From positions 31,724,831 to 31,788,830 of the forward strand of contig NC_057720.1 of NCBI RefSeq assembly GCF_004010195.1: a stretch of DNA of 64,000 nt, read 5' to 3'. The stretch is from Chiloscyllium plagiosum (lineage: Eukaryota). The stretch's first letter is position 1; each line of letters begins with the position of its first letter. Position numbers and translations under genes: made by a program. The notes beneath the pieces were generated by a model, which saw nothing but the letters and a program-made list of their open reading frames with translations, did no database searches and was not told the origin of the DNA. Of the stretch, positions 1-13,410 are shown in pieces.

Positions 1-675
1 ACTAACCATTCCCTTTGTTTGGGTCTTAGGTCTACCACTTCTATGATTTCTTCCAGTTGTTTCCAAACCTGTCTTTGTCAGTAGTGCTGGCCTGATTTTG
101 TGATCTGTTCCAACTCGGATTAAGCCTCCCCATATCCATGAGTTAGGTGCTACTCTCCAAGAACACAAAGAGAGAATTATGGTGACTGTTGTAATGGGAG
201 CTCTTCCCTCTAATTTGAATTGGTTACTGGCATGGGAAGGAACCTGTCCCACACTTCTCACACAGAAGCTGTGCCAAATCCAGTGAAGTACTAACTCTTC
301 AGAGAGTTTAAGCTCATCCTTAAAAGGGCAGTTTCTGAGCTGGCAGAAATTTTGATTTTCTTTTATCTAGCAGATGTGTGTGGCCAACATTGCTGCCTTT
401 GTTGGCGAAAGGCGAGTCTGCAGGAGATGTGGAAAAAGTTGGTTGTTGTATTTGGGGCTGCCTGTCATATTCTCCCAAAGAAAGAAGTACCAAGTGCCAA
501 AAGAGGGTTGATAGCTGAGTCAATATCATCAGTCAAATCCTTTACATATGGCTGAAAGTAAGTGCTCCCTGGTAACAGAACCAATAAAAAGAGCAAGGAG
601 TTACTCAATTTTGCACCAAGTTCTTGAGTGACCATCAAGTTTGACACAAAATGACTCAATGTTTGAGATAACACA

Positions 676-1360
676 GTGTCATAGAGGTGTACAGCATGGA
701 AACAGACCCTTCAGTCCAACCCGTCCATGCCGACCAGATATCCCAACCCAATCTAGTCCCACTTGCCAGCCTGGCCCATATCACTCCAACCCTTCCTATT
801 CATATACCCATCCAAATGTCTTTTAAATGTTACAATTGTACCAGCCTCCACCATTCCCTCTGGAGCTCATTCCATACACGTACCACTTTCTGCGTGAAAA
901 AGTTGCCCCTTAGGTCTCTTTTATATCTTTCCTCTCTCACCCTAAACCTATGCCCTCTAGTTCTGGACTCCCCGACTCCAGGGATCATAACATCTTTCCG
1001 ATAGGAAGGAGACCAGAATTGCATGCAATATTCCAATAGTGGCCTAACCAATGTCCTGTACAACCGCAACATGACCTCCCAACTCCTGTACTCAATACTC
1101 TGACCAATAAAAGAAAGTATACCAAACACCTTCTTCACTATCCTATCTACCTGCAACTCCACTTTCAAGGAGCTATGAACCTGCACTGCAAGCTCTCTTT
1201 GTTCAGCAACACTCCCTAGGACCTTACCATTAAATGTATAAGTCCTGCTGAGATTTGCTTTCCCAAAATGCAGCACCTCACATTTATCTGAATTAAACTC
1301 CATCTGCCACTTCTCAGCCCAATGGTCCGTCTGATCAAGATCCTGTTGTAATCTGAGGTA
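676..1360 (-). mobile_element. CR1-clade LINE, 5'-truncated 3' fragment with an internal deletion near 985
   Basis: RT C-terminal peptides WAEKWQMEFNSDKCEVLHFG, LYRTLVRPLLEYC and RGNFFTQKVVRVWNEL, plus a CR1-type 3' tail. Confidence 0.92.
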
Positions 1361-2589
1361 ACTTGTTACTTGTACCAAATGCTCCTGGAATAGCGGTGTC
1401 GAGGCAGCTATATCAATGGCAGAGTGGGGACTCCTAGCCTTGTGGGCCTGCTGTGTGGACTCCTCAAATGGTGGCAGGGTGTCAGCTGCAGCAATGGCAG
1501 AACAGGGTCTCCTGTCTGAGGTAGGCATGGAGTGGGACCTTGCAGAAATCCTGGAGCTGTGTTTGGGACCCTGGCCGATCAAGATGAACTCTATTTAAGA
1601 ACTTTCTTTATGGTGACTGACACTTTTCACTGTATCTCCCCAATTATGTGTGAAAATAAATTCATCATTCAACCATTCTTTCTCATTGACTCTTCCTAAT
1701 CTAGATGGCACACTTCTTTTGAAGGTAAAAAAAAAAATCAGCATTCAGATGTAAAGCATCCTTACTAAGGTGCTCTTTTCCAATAATGTCAGTCAGGGAT
1801 ACCAAAAAACCGTGTTTTCTCAACAGTAATCTTCAAATTATGTGGATTCTTTTGAATGCCACAACATTAGAAGCTCCCTGGATGTTTAATGATATTTCTG
1901 TGGTCTGACATCACCTGAGCAGAGACTAAGTGTAAATGTTTTCCACTTATGGAATGAAAGAGCTTGATATAAATAGCTATGATGCCACATATGAACCATG
2001 GGCACTGGAGGAAGACTTGCTAGTGACTTATCTGGTGAATTCTAATGCCAGTTGCCAAATTAAGGGGGATTGTAGCTTGTTAAACACCTTATTGGAACGA
2101 TCACTCATCTCATTAATTCCCAGTTTCCTATCTTACTAAATGTACCACAGAACTAAGTATTTTGACAATTCTCAACATGGAAGTCAAAGTGGGTGCCTGG
2201 TAAATTCAGCTCACTGCTTGCTCCAAAAACCCTCTATGTACTTGGCGCCAGGCACACTCCATAAGCACTGGCCAAAAGTACACCACATTCAAGACTTTGG
2301 CTCTTGATGTGCCAGCCTGTAAGAACTCTCATGGCCCATCTACAATCCACTTACACTAACCGCTTCTGAATTCAACGCTGCACCTTTGGCTTGCACCAAC
2401 AACCAGGATTATAATGTTGCAGTGCACTCAGGAAGACACAGCGAACTCATAGACTGGACCACCTGTATCTCCAGCCTCTTGGCTCACTCTCACAGTGCTC
2501 ACTCACTCTGAGCCTACCTAGTCACATTGCCTTACCTTTGCCTTTTTACAATTTTCCCCCTCAGTCGTACAGACACATTGTAGTAGGCT

Positions 2590-3130
2590 GGATAGTAGTA
2601 GAGTAGAGTAGAGTAACTTTATTTGTCGTTTCTATCATATACAGCTGGTACAATAAAAATGAGACAGCGTTCCTCCAGGACCAAGGTGCTATATGAACAC
2701 ACAGACTACATGAGCGTACAGTCAGACACAGGGCAGCATAAGCTGCAGGGAGAAGTGCAAAACATGTAAGACAGCACAGTAATTCCTGACAAGACAAGTC
2801 AGGAGGCACAGTGGTGGACAAATTACAATGTAATAATGTATGTTCATTAATAAAACATTGTTTTAGCAATAATTCAAAAAGTCATCTGAAAATTGCAAAT
2901 GGAATAGAGTGTGGTCATACAGTGTTAAGGAGGCTGATGGCTTGGGTGAAGAAACTATTGCACAGTCTGGCCGTGAGAAACCGAATGCACCCGGTTATCT
3001 TCTGCTAGATGGCAGGAGGGGGAAGACTTTGAATGAAGGATGTTTGGGGTCGTCCATAATGCTGTTAGCCTTGGGGATGCAGCGTGTGGTGGAAATTTCT
3101 GTAATGGAGAGAAGAGAGACCCCGATGACC
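2590..3130 (-). mobile_element. Rex1/Babar LINE 3' fragment
   Basis: The minus strand reads IGVSLLSITEISTTRCIPKANSIMDDPKHPS..FPLLPS, a Rex1 ORF C-terminus, then a 3' UTR with AATAAA and a (TACTC)n tail. Confidence 0.75.
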
Positions 3131-3717
3131 CCCGTATAGCCATGTTCATTAGCACAGACACAAAGCTTGTCATGGTAATCAGCAGTCCTCAGTCAAGTCA
3201 AGAGAGATAACCTTCGTTCAGGGGTCCTGACACGGTAAGACAATGACAGCCACCGATACCAGACCAAGCAATTAGATATGGCCAGGCAGTTGCTTGGGGC
3301 AGTCTGAGTCAAGATATTCTCTACTTGGGGTGAGGGGACACTTGTCAGGCAACCCACCACATGCTTTGACTCTTTCTGTCCTGCAGGGATCTGTTTTCTT
3401 CCTGGAATGAGAGAGGGAGGCAGGTATTAAGGGGGATGAAAGTGGGTAACACAACTGTAACTGTTAGTGTAGATGGCGAGGCTTCCCAAGTGAGTGAGTA
3501 GGCAGTGCAGAGGGTATGCAGGGTAGGCAGCATCAGGAGGGGTGAGAATGAGTGGGGGAAGATGTTGCAGGCAATAGTGAGAGTGGAAGACCATGAACCT
3601 TGGTGAGAGATTGGTACAGGAGCAGAGCTGGAGTGAGGTAAAAACAATAAATGCAGATGCTGGAAACCAGATTCTGGATCAGTGGTGCTGGAAGGCAGCA
3701 TCCAATGAGCAGCAAAA

Positions 3718-3748
3718 TCGACGTTTCGGGCAAAAGCCCTTCATCAGG
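3718..3748 (-). ncRNA. Minimal type I hammerhead ribozyme motif
   Basis: CUGAUGA-A-GGGC-UUUU-GCCC-GAAAC-GUC-GA, with the palindromic ACGU stem III typical of PLE hammerheads. Confidence 0.75.
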
Positions 3749-3966
3749 AATAAAGGCAGAGAGCCTGAAGCATGGAGAGATAAGCTAGGGGAGGGTGGGG
3801 ATGGGGAGAGAGTAGCTTAGAGTACAATGGGTGAGTGGGGGAGGAGATGAAGGTGATAGGTCAGGAAGGAGAGGGTGGAGTGGATAGGTGGAAAAGGAGC
3901 TAGGCAGGTCGGACAAGTCCGGACAAGTCAAGGGGACTGGAAGTTTGAAACTAGGATGAGGTGGGN

Positions 3967-4570
3967 NNNNNNNNNNNNNNNNNNNNNNNNNNNNNNNNNN
4001 NNNNNNNNNNNNNNNNNNNNNNNNNNNNNNNNNNNNNNNNNNNNNNNNNNNNNNNNNNNNNNNNNNNNNNNNNNNNNNNNNNNNNNNNNNNNNNNNNNNN
4101 NNNNNNNNNNNNNNNNNNNNNNNNNNNNNNNNNNNNNNNNNNNNNNNNNNNNNNNNNNNNNNNNNNNNNNNNNNNNNNNNNNNNNNNNNNNNNNNNNNNN
4201 NNNNNNNNNNNNNNNNNNNNNNNNNNNNNNNNNNNNNNNNNNNNNNNNNNNNNNNNNNNNNNNNNNNNNNNNNNNNNNNNNNNNNNNNNNNNNNNNNNNN
4301 NNNNNNNNNNNNNNNNNNNNNNNNNNNNNNNNNNNNNNNNNNNNNNNNNNNNNNNNNNNNNNNNNNNNNNNNNNNNNNNNNNNNNNNNNNNNNNNNNNNN
4401 NNNNNNNNNNNNNNNNNNNNNNNNNNNNNNNNNNNNNNNNNNNNNNNNNNNNNNNNNNNNNNNNNNNNNNNNNNNNNNNNNNNNNNNNNNNNNNNNNNNN
4501 NNNNNNNNNNNNNNNNNNNNNNNNNNNNNNNNNNNNNNNNNNNNNNNNNNNNNNNNNNNNNNNNNNNNNN
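3967..4570. other. Assembly gap (N run)
   Basis: Run of n characters. Confidence 1.
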
Positions 4571-7171
4571 GGAGGCGGAGGAATTGGGAATACGGGATGG
4601 CATTTTTGCAAGAGATAGGGTGGGAAAAGGTGTAATCCAGGTAGCTGTGGGAGTCGGTGGTAGAGACAATACTGGCACTTACACTGGCAGAGTGGTGAAG
4701 GTTGACCTCCTTCCTACATTACTGTGTCTTTCTTCCCAATGGCTGAGACTCTACTAAATCAGGTGTTAACCTAAGGGCTGGCTGGCATATCCTGGGATCA
4801 TAGCTTCCTCTGCTGATCCTGGGGAAGAATTGGTTTCAACTGGCACTTAGCCTAAACAATTCAACGTCAGCCCTGTGTGTCCCATTCCTTACCTTGTGAG
4901 GCATGGGGCAGAGGTTCTCAAAATTGCCCCTTACATTTTCTGTATGAAATAGGTAGTTCTGGCTTGTGATTACCTTAGTTGTGAATACGTTATTTGACAG
5001 TGTATCTTCAATAAATTTGTTGTGTTTTGTGTGAATGGCTTCTCATGTAGGGGTGCCGTAAACCAGCTTTTCCAATTGTTCTCTGGAGAGAGCAACGAAA
5101 AATTAGGTTCCTGTGTCAATGTGATATAGTCAAATGAAAATTGCTACACAATGTAAACAAAATGAAAGCGGATAACGTTACACAGAAGCCAAGCCATTTG
5201 AGGTTACAGAACATCTAACTAATTATTATATTACACTTGTTGTCGGGTCAGCTGCAGGCCACAACATGTAGAAATTGAAAGTACTGACTTACATTTATAC
5301 AATGCCTTTTTATCTTCTCGGGATGTTTGGAAATGATTAACAATGAACAAAATTACTTTTTAAATTGCAGTTTTCATAAGTTACTTTGTACACAGCAGGC
5401 TCTCAAAAGCGGCAAGTGAATGGAGGTCTTTATTGAGGAATGAATTTTGGAAAACACTTTCTGTTAATGCTATTGAATATCGTATATCTAGCTGAGCAGA
5501 CAGTTTGATCCAAAAGTTGCCACTTCTGCCAATGCTCAAAATTGCACGGGGGTTTAGCCAAAGTTACGTGTGCAATTTCATAGTGAGGCTTAAACTCAGA
5601 ATCTTCTGACTGTAAGATCGGAGTATTATCAAATGTGACAAGCTGACATAGGAGGGAATTTACTGGAAACACAGAAGTTGCATCATACATCAACTTCTTT
5701 CGGCACAGCGCTTGCCTCCATGGACTATTGAGATAAATGTATTCAGAATAGCTTTCTCCTACACTGATGCTCCCACTATGATGAAGGTGTCTGCTGGATT
5801 AATATTATTATTTGGATATTTGGGTTCTACATTCAACAGAACTGGGTATAGCTTTATGTTCGATTTGTATTTCTATAGTTTGTGGTCATAATTTAATTTT
5901 TGAATTCTGTGAGTTATTTAGATTGACTGGAAATTTATTTATCTACACTTAAATGAGGTGAATAGTTCAGTGCTTTAGAACAAGAGTAGAACAATGAAAA
6001 TAGTTGGGCAGTGGCATGCAACAAGGTGTTCAATGACATTGGGAAACAGTCAGAATCAATCCTTTTAGAAAGACAGAACAATCCAGAATGTCAGTGAGTG
6101 TGCAGGTTCATTTCACAGGGAGAAGCAGGCCGTTCAGGAAGAGAAAAGACCTAAAATAGCATTGGTGCAGGTTAGCAGTCCCCTAAACAGTCAGAGCGAA
6201 AGAAAAGAAGTCCTCATTGGTTTAAAGTCATTAGGAGAATGCCTCAGAAACAGAGAATGGTAGAAGATGAGCTTAAGGAACCCATATTAGTAAATAAGTG
6301 GTGTGTTATCAATTAATTTAAATGTGTCGGGAAGAGAAATTAAATAAAGGAATAGATTGGGTCACTGCAGCCATTTGCCTAAAAGAAACAAATTACAGCC
6401 AATTGAACAAAGAGCTTTAAAATGAAAAAAAAAGACTCTTAACTGAGGTTTGAGTATTTCAAGGTTGTTGAGAGTAAGAGGGTAGAATCTTTATTTCTGA
6501 TATGTATAGTACCACCATTTATACTAGTCCTTATATAATATAGTTAGTTTTGTTACTCTTTTAGAGTGTAATAAAATTTTATATTCTTGTGTCAAAAGTA
6601 AATTTACTGCTTACTGTGAATATGTTCCGTGACAGACCACTATGGTAAGTAAAGTATAACAGCAAAACTCAAGGACTATTGAATCAAGCTTCACTCTGGT
6701 ATGTGACTTGTCCAGTGTTACTTCAGCTGAGACCACGACACTACATTGAACCATAATGACTCACCATATCTTTCCACCAATTTGGCTAATGACTGAAGAC
6801 CAGCTTCAGTCTTTCCATTCTTTCTAGAGATCATGGATTGATTTCCTCTTAAATCACACTGAGCAAACATAGCATAATGATTCCTTCTCAGGGGTTTTTC
6901 CTCATTTAAGGAAATTACTTATCAGCAGATGTCCTTTACAGTCATTTGCAAAGATTCTGTGGAATTGCAGATTAATGTTCGATAATAAGATGAATCATTC
7001 CTGTCGGACATGTTCTGCAAGTCAGGCTCCAGGACAGATTGTATCTCCAGTGAAGTTAGGTCTCCACGACCATGTACCAGTATAAGTGGCACATTTGTAT
7101 ACATGACCATAGCAATATCAGCAAGTTATGTAAAGCTGTCTTTGTGTCATGGTACAATATCAAACAGAATT

Positions 7172-7260
7172 AAAAATCACACAACACCAGGTTATAGTCC
7201 AAAAGGTTTTTTTGGAAGCACTAGCTTTCACCTGCGCTGCTCTTTCATCAGATGTTGTGG
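7172..7260 (-). mobile_element. Short PLE-terminus-like element with a degenerate hammerhead (AGCU-palindrome variant)
   Basis: The minus strand reads CAU-CUGAUGA-AAGAGCAGCGCAGGU-GAAAG-CUA-GUG. The core is intact but stem II is damaged. Confidence 0.55.
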
Positions 7261-9346
7261 AGTATAACACAGAATTTAGAGCAAAAGATTACAGTGTCAT
7301 ACAGTGATATATAAAACAGGTGATACAATATGCAATAGATTCCATCCTCTGAATGTTCTTAGGTATTCCTTGTACTTGTGAAGCTTTTGGCCACTTTAAC
7401 TCAATTGCAGCACAGTAAAAGCAATGCATGTGCAAAAACATTATCACCAACAAAAACTGTAAGATGATTAATGTGCATCCTTGAACATGCTGTCAGGAAA
7501 GAAAATACATTAAACCAATTTTGTGCCAAGAGTAACAGCAAGGCTAATAATATCTACTTTATTGACCCAAATATATGCCCAACTTACCAAAAGCTGCATG
7601 TTTAAATCCTCCAATAAGTTTTTGACCCATGCCACCCATCTATCTTTGTCATAAATATACTCAATGCCTTAGTCTCCACAGCCTTCTGCTGCAATGAGTT
7701 CCACAAATTCGCCAATCTCTGTCTGAAGAAAGTCCTCATCAACTTAGTCCTAAATTATCATCCCTTCACTCTACGTACACTTGGGTCCTCGTCTCTCCTA
7801 TTTGTGGAAACATCTTCCCCATGTCCATTCCATCCCCAGGCCTCCCTGTATTCTGTAAGTTTCAATCAGATGACCCATCATCTTTATAAATTCATTGAGT
7901 ACAGACCCAGAGCCCTCAACCAATCCTCAACCTTTACTGGTGGCTATGCTTTCAGCTGCCTGGACTCAAGTTCCGGAATCTTTGTTACTCCTACAAATGC
8001 ATTTTAAAGCCTAACCATTTGTCATTCGCTCTAATTATACCACACTCTTTGACTCCTATGCATAAAATCTTAGACTTCTGTTTGTTCACATTGCCTTGCA
8101 TGATTCATCACTCAAACATGTTCATTCCACATTAATCATTAATCAGCTGATTGCATTAATACACCAATTAGAACATTCTCAGTTGTTACCTCATCCAGTA
8201 TTTCCCAGGTTGATTGCTGTGCAAATTGTGCAATAAATCAATAAATTTTCACCTCCTTCTTGACCTTCCATGTGATAATATCTATTTTTTAAAGGTCTTC
8301 GAGATAATGTTTTTCTCATGCCTCTACAAACCATACAGCTATCTTTCACCCTGTCCTTTTAATGTCTCCACCCTCAGTCTTCACATTGAACAGAAATAAA
8401 ACACATTGAACTTTTTTGTAGTTGTTATGTACTAAAAGAATTACTTGGAAAGGTCATAAAAGAGGATGAGGGTGGGTAGTTGTGATTATTCACTTCACAA
8501 CTAAATTCAAAACATTTCTGTTATCGATCAACATGGGGCAAAATACAAATATACTGTTTATTAAAAGTTACTAAATAAAGAGTTTGCATTAGAATGATGC
8601 ATTTTATTATCCTAATTAGGCTAAAACACTTCACTACTAACGAATTAGTTATTGAAGTGCAGTCATTCCCTCAGTAATGCACTGAACTGACAGCTATATT
8701 TTGTGTTCAACACACTAAATTAGGATATAAATTCCAAACTTTGGATTTGATCTGAAATGAACTTCTCTGCTTTTCTTCCAAATAATGTATGTTTTTCAGC
8801 CTGAGAAGGTAAACACAGCCTTAATTTAAAGCTCATTCCAAATCAGATTGTGACTGGCTCAGTATTGCATTGAATAGTCAGTTTTGATCATGTTTCCAGC
8901 ATCAGCATTTAGACCCAAGTGGCAATATTAATATTGTTCGTGACTGATGAACCTAGTTGAAATAGTCATCACCTTACTTTAGATTGGCAGAAATGAAGTA
9001 TTGATAGTCATTTCTCATTTTTCCCTGTACAGATATCAGTAATTGGCTGGTAAAATAATATAAAGACTTGTTATAATCTATAACCAGAAGGTGGCATTCA
9101 ATTACAGTCAAAAGTCATTGCCTGGAATATTATCATCGCCACTAGAGGGTGAGCATGAGGCTTTCCAATCAAATAAATGGTATAGAAAAAGGTGATTTGA
9201 ACAAAGCTATAAAATGTCCGATACTTTATATTGAGTGATCTTTTACAATTTTTAATTACTTTTGGATGTATTTCCATTTTTAATTCATCAACTTGCTCTC
9301 TGAAATTCTTCCTTAAAAAGAAAAACGTATATCCGTTTATGGAAAT

Positions 9347-10790
9347 AGAGTCATAGAGATGTACAGCACAGAAACAGACCCATCGGTCCAACTCGTCCAT
9401 GCCGACCAGATATCCCAACCCAATCTAGTCCCACCTGCCAGCACCCGGCCCATATCCCTACAAACCCTTCCTATTCAGATACCCATGCAGATGCCTTTTA
9501 AATGTTGCAATTGTACTAACCTCCACCACTGACAGCTCATTCCTCTGAGTGAAAACGTTGCCCCTTAGGTCTCTTTTATATCTTTCCCCTCTCACCCTAA
9601 ACTTATGCCCTCTACTTCTGGACTCCCTACCCAAGGGAAAAGACTTTGTCTATTTATTCTATCCATGCCCCCCATGATTTTGTAAACCTCTATAAGGTCA
9701 CCCGTCAGCCTCCAACGGTCCAGGAAAAACAGCTCCAACCTGTTCAGTCTCTCCTTATAGCCCAAATCCTCCAACCCTGGCAACATCCTTGTAAATCTTT
9801 TCTGAACCCTTTCAAGTTTCACAACATCTTTCTGATCGGAAGGAGACCAGAATTGCATGCAATATTCCAACAGTGGCCTAACCAATGTCCTATACAGCAG
9901 CAACATGACCTCCCAACTCCTGTACTCAATACTCTGACCAATAAAAGAAAGCATACCAAACACCTTCTTCACTATCCTATCTACCTGTGACTCCAATTTC
10001 AAGGAGCTATGAACCTGCACTGCAAGCTCTCTTTGTTCAGCAACACTCCCTAGGACCTTACCATTAAGTGTATAAGTCCTGCTGAGATTTGCTTTCCCAA
10101 AATGCAGCACCTCACATTTATCTGAATTAAACTCCATCTGCCACATCTACCACTCTGCCCTCATCAATCCTCTTTGTTATTTTCTCAAAAACCTCAATCA
10201 AGCCATGTTGACTATCCCTAATCAGTCTGTGCCTTTTCAAATACATGTACATCCTATCCCTCAGGATTTCCTCCAACAATTTGCCCACCACCAATGTCAG
10301 GCTCAGTGGACTATAGTTCCCTGGCTTGTCCTTACCACCTTTCTTAAACAGTGGCACCACGTTAGCCAACCTCCAGTCTTCCGGCACCTCACCTGTGACT
10401 ATCAATGATACAAATATCTCAGCAAGAGGCCCAGCAATCAATTCTCTAGCTTCCCATAGAGTTCTAGGGTATACCTGATCAGGTCCTGAAGATTTATCCA
10501 CCTTTAACCGTTTCAAGACATCCAGCACTTCCTCCACTGCAATATGAACATTTTTCAAGATGTCACCATCTATTTCCCTACATTCTATATCTTCCATATC
10601 CTTTTCCACAGTAACTACTGATACAAAATAATCGTTTAGTAACTCCCCCCTCTCCTGCGGCTCCACACAAAGGCCGACTTGCTGATCTTTGAGGGGCCCT
10701 ATTCTCTCCCTAGTTACCCTTTTGTCCTTAATGTATTTGTAAAAACTGTTTGGATTCTCCTTAACTCTATTTGCTAAAGCTTTCTCATGT
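9347..10790 (-). mobile_element. CR1-clade LINE fragment with an internal deletion of the RT core near 10143
   Basis: ORF-track peptides VPEDWRLANVVPLFKKG..PGNY and WQMEFNSDKCEVLHFG...LERVQKRFTRMLPGL, plus a CR1 tail at 9347-9365. Confidence 0.93.
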
Positions 10791-11270
10791 CCCGTTTACT
10801 CCCTTTTGATTTCTCTCTTATCCCAAAACACTTTTGATGTTTGATCATTATTGTATCGCAGGAAAGCCAGCAACCAGTTTGTGTAATGCACAGTTCCATG
10901 AATTTTGGAAATTCAAAATAAAATAAAATAAGGCATGATGAGAAAAGCAGGGTGCAGAAAGAATTGGAAATTTGTTTGAAAGACCAGGCTGAGGTACAAA
11001 GGGCTGAACAGGTTCCTTCAGTGATGTACGTTTTGATAAAACATTCCAAAGACAAGGGTTACATGTGGAGGGATGCACCAAAAGTTGGGTCAGCTGCTGC
11101 AAGGTGCAATGGGGAATGACCACCTTCTAAGGTCTTTCTGCAGAAATTTAACAAGGATCTGTACAGTTATCAGATCCTCTCTTTGCCTCAATGTAATCTC
11201 CTGCATGTGTAAGAATAGCACAGCGCTCGCTTAACATGTGAGAGGCAGTGGGATTGATGCCTACATTCTG

Positions 11271-12655
11271 GGGTGGCACAGTGGCGCAGTGGTTAGCACT
11301 GATGCCTCATAGTGCCAGGGACCCAGGTTTAAACCATAAAACCATAAGACATAGGAGTGGAAGCAAGGCCATTCAGCCCATTGAATCTACTCCGCCATTT
11401 AATCATGGCTGATGGGTGTTTCAATTCTACTTACCTGCACTCTTCCCATAGCCCTTAATTCCTTGTGTCTCTGCCTTGTAGATACCCAATGTCCCAGCCT
11501 CCACTTCGCTCCGTGGCAATGAATTCCACAGGCCCACCACTCTCTGTCTGAAGAAATGTCCCCTCATTTCCATTCTAAATTGACCCCCTCTAATTTTAAG
11601 GCTATGCCTATGGGTCCTAGTCTCCCCACCTAACAGAAACAACTTCCCAGCATCCACCCTTTCTAAGCCATGCATAAGTTTCTATTAGATCTCCCCTCAA
11701 CCTTATAAACTCTAATGAATACAATCCCAGGATCCTCAGTCTGCCATTCCAGGGATCATCTGTGTGAATTTCCGTTGGACACGCTCCAGTGCCAGTATGT
11801 CCTTCCTGAGGTGAGGGGTCCAAAATTGGACACAGTATTCTAAATGGGGCCTAACTCGAGCTTTATAAAGTCTCAGAAACACATCGCTGCTTTTATATTC
11901 CAACCCTCTTGAGATAAATAACAACATTACATTTGCTTTCTTAATCACGGACTCAACCTACAAATCAAACTTTAGAGAATCCTGGACTAGCACTCCCAGA
12001 TCACTGTACTTTGGCTTTATGAATTTTCTCACTGTTTAAAAAATAGTCCATGCCTGTATTCTTTTTTCCGAAGTGTGAGACCACGCATTTGCTCACGTTG
12101 AATTTCTTCAGCCATTTCTTGGACCACTCCCCTAAACTGTCTAAATCTTTCTGCAGCCTCCCCACCTCCTCAGTACTACCTGCCTGTCTGCCTAACTTGG
12201 TATCATCAGCGAACTTCACCAGAATGCCCCCGGTCCCTTCATCCAGATCATTAATATATAAAGTGAACAGCTACGGCCCCAACACTGAACCCTGCGGGAC
12301 CCCACTTGTCACCAGCTACCATTCCAAAAAAGAACCTTTTATCCCAATTCTTTGCTTTCTGTGAGGCAGTCAATCCCCAATCCATGCCAATGGATTTCAT
12401 TCCAGTCTTGGGCAACTGTCTGTTTAAGCTTGCACATTCTCCCTGTGTCTGGGTGGGTTTCCTCCAGGTGGTCTGGTTTTCTCCCAAGGTCTAAAGATGT
12501 GGAGGTTAGGTGGATTGGCCATGCTAAACAGCCCATAGTATCCAGGGCTGTGCAGGCAAAATGCAGGGTTACAGGGATATGTGGTGTGCTGTTTCGAAGG
12601 TTGGTGTGGACTCAATGGGTGGAATGGCCTGCTTTCACATTCCAAGAGATTCTAA
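11271..12655 (+). mobile_element. HE1-type tRNA-derived SINE split by an antisense CR1 insertion
   Basis: tRNA-like head GGTGGCACAGTGGCGCAGTGGTTAGCACTG at 11271-11335; the SINE body resumes at about 12398. Confidence 0.7.
11335..12397 (-). mobile_element. CR1-clade LINE fragment (second subfamily) nested in the SINE
   Basis: Peptides KFADDTKLG, LYKARVRPHLEYCVQFW and FFRQRVVGLWNSLP; (TTATGG)n tail at 11333-11347. Confidence 0.9.
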
Positions 12656-12924
12656 GAAATACCTTTAGTTTTTTCAACTGAATATCAAACTCCAACGTTT
12701 GATTTTGTTGTTACGCAAAGACTGTACCGAGCTGTTTTCATCCCCATAAATCTTCTCAAATCTCGCATACCCCTAAATGTAGATAAAGTTTTTTTATGAA
12801 TAAAATATATTTTTTGCAATAAAAAATGAATGTTTCTGTGATTATTCATACTAGATAATCTGTTTCATTGATTTTGGTTGAGAAATAAATTTGTTTTTGT
12901 TATTGCTAGTCAACTTTTAAAAGT

Positions 12925-13410
12925 CAACATAGAAAGATGTGATTTTACTGGAGAGGGTGCAAAGGAAATACACCAGCATGCTGCCTTGGTTACAGCATCT
13001 TAGCTATGAAGAGAGGCTGGATAGACTCAGGTTGTTACCTGTAGAGCAGAAGAGTCTGAGGGGGGACCTGATTGAGTTGTATAAGATTATGAAGATCCTG
13101 GTCAGGGTAGATGGGAAGCAGCTGTTCCCCTTAGTTGAAAGGTCAGTAACAAGGGCATAATTTGAAGGGGAAGGGCAGGAGAGTTTGAGAGGAGTGGAGG
13201 AATTTCTCTTTCACCCACAGGGTGGTGGGAATCTGGATTGCAGTGCCTGGGAGGGTTGCAGAGGCAGGAAACGGTACAACCTCTAAAACATCCTTGGGTG
13301 AGTGCTTGAAATGTCATAACATTCAAAACTGTGGGCCAAGTGCCGGAAAGTGGGATGTTAGTGCAGACTCAATGGGCCGATGGGCCTCTTCTGTGCTGTA
13401 CGACTCTATA
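12925..13410 (+). mobile_element. Old CR1 3' fragment
   Basis: LERVQRKYTSMLP..LSYEERL..LRGDLIELYKIM, ending in a GACTCTAT tail. Confidence 0.85.

Larger units (their letters stand above)
3635..4660 (-). mobile_element. Penelope-like element spanning the N gap, with a terminal hammerhead
   Basis: 4571-4660 encodes TDSHSYLDYTFSHPISCKNAIPYSQFLRL (PLE RT-thumb/linker motif). A C-rich 3' region follows, with a hammerhead core at 3718-3748. Confidence 0.8.

Noticed and set aside
830..1582. 250-aa ORF as a domesticated gene
   Set aside because: It is a chance fusion of a deleted CR1 fragment with adjacent repeat-like sequence and lacks the RT catalytic core.
3785..4678. Long ORFs of 224-297 aa in the ORF track
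   Set aside because: They are artefacts of reading through the N gap. Only the short PLE peptide at 4571-4660 is meaningful.
11271..11335. tRNA gene
   Set aside because: The A/B boxes belong to a SINE head, with no full cloverleaf. The same applies at 39870, 50940 and 53910-53973.
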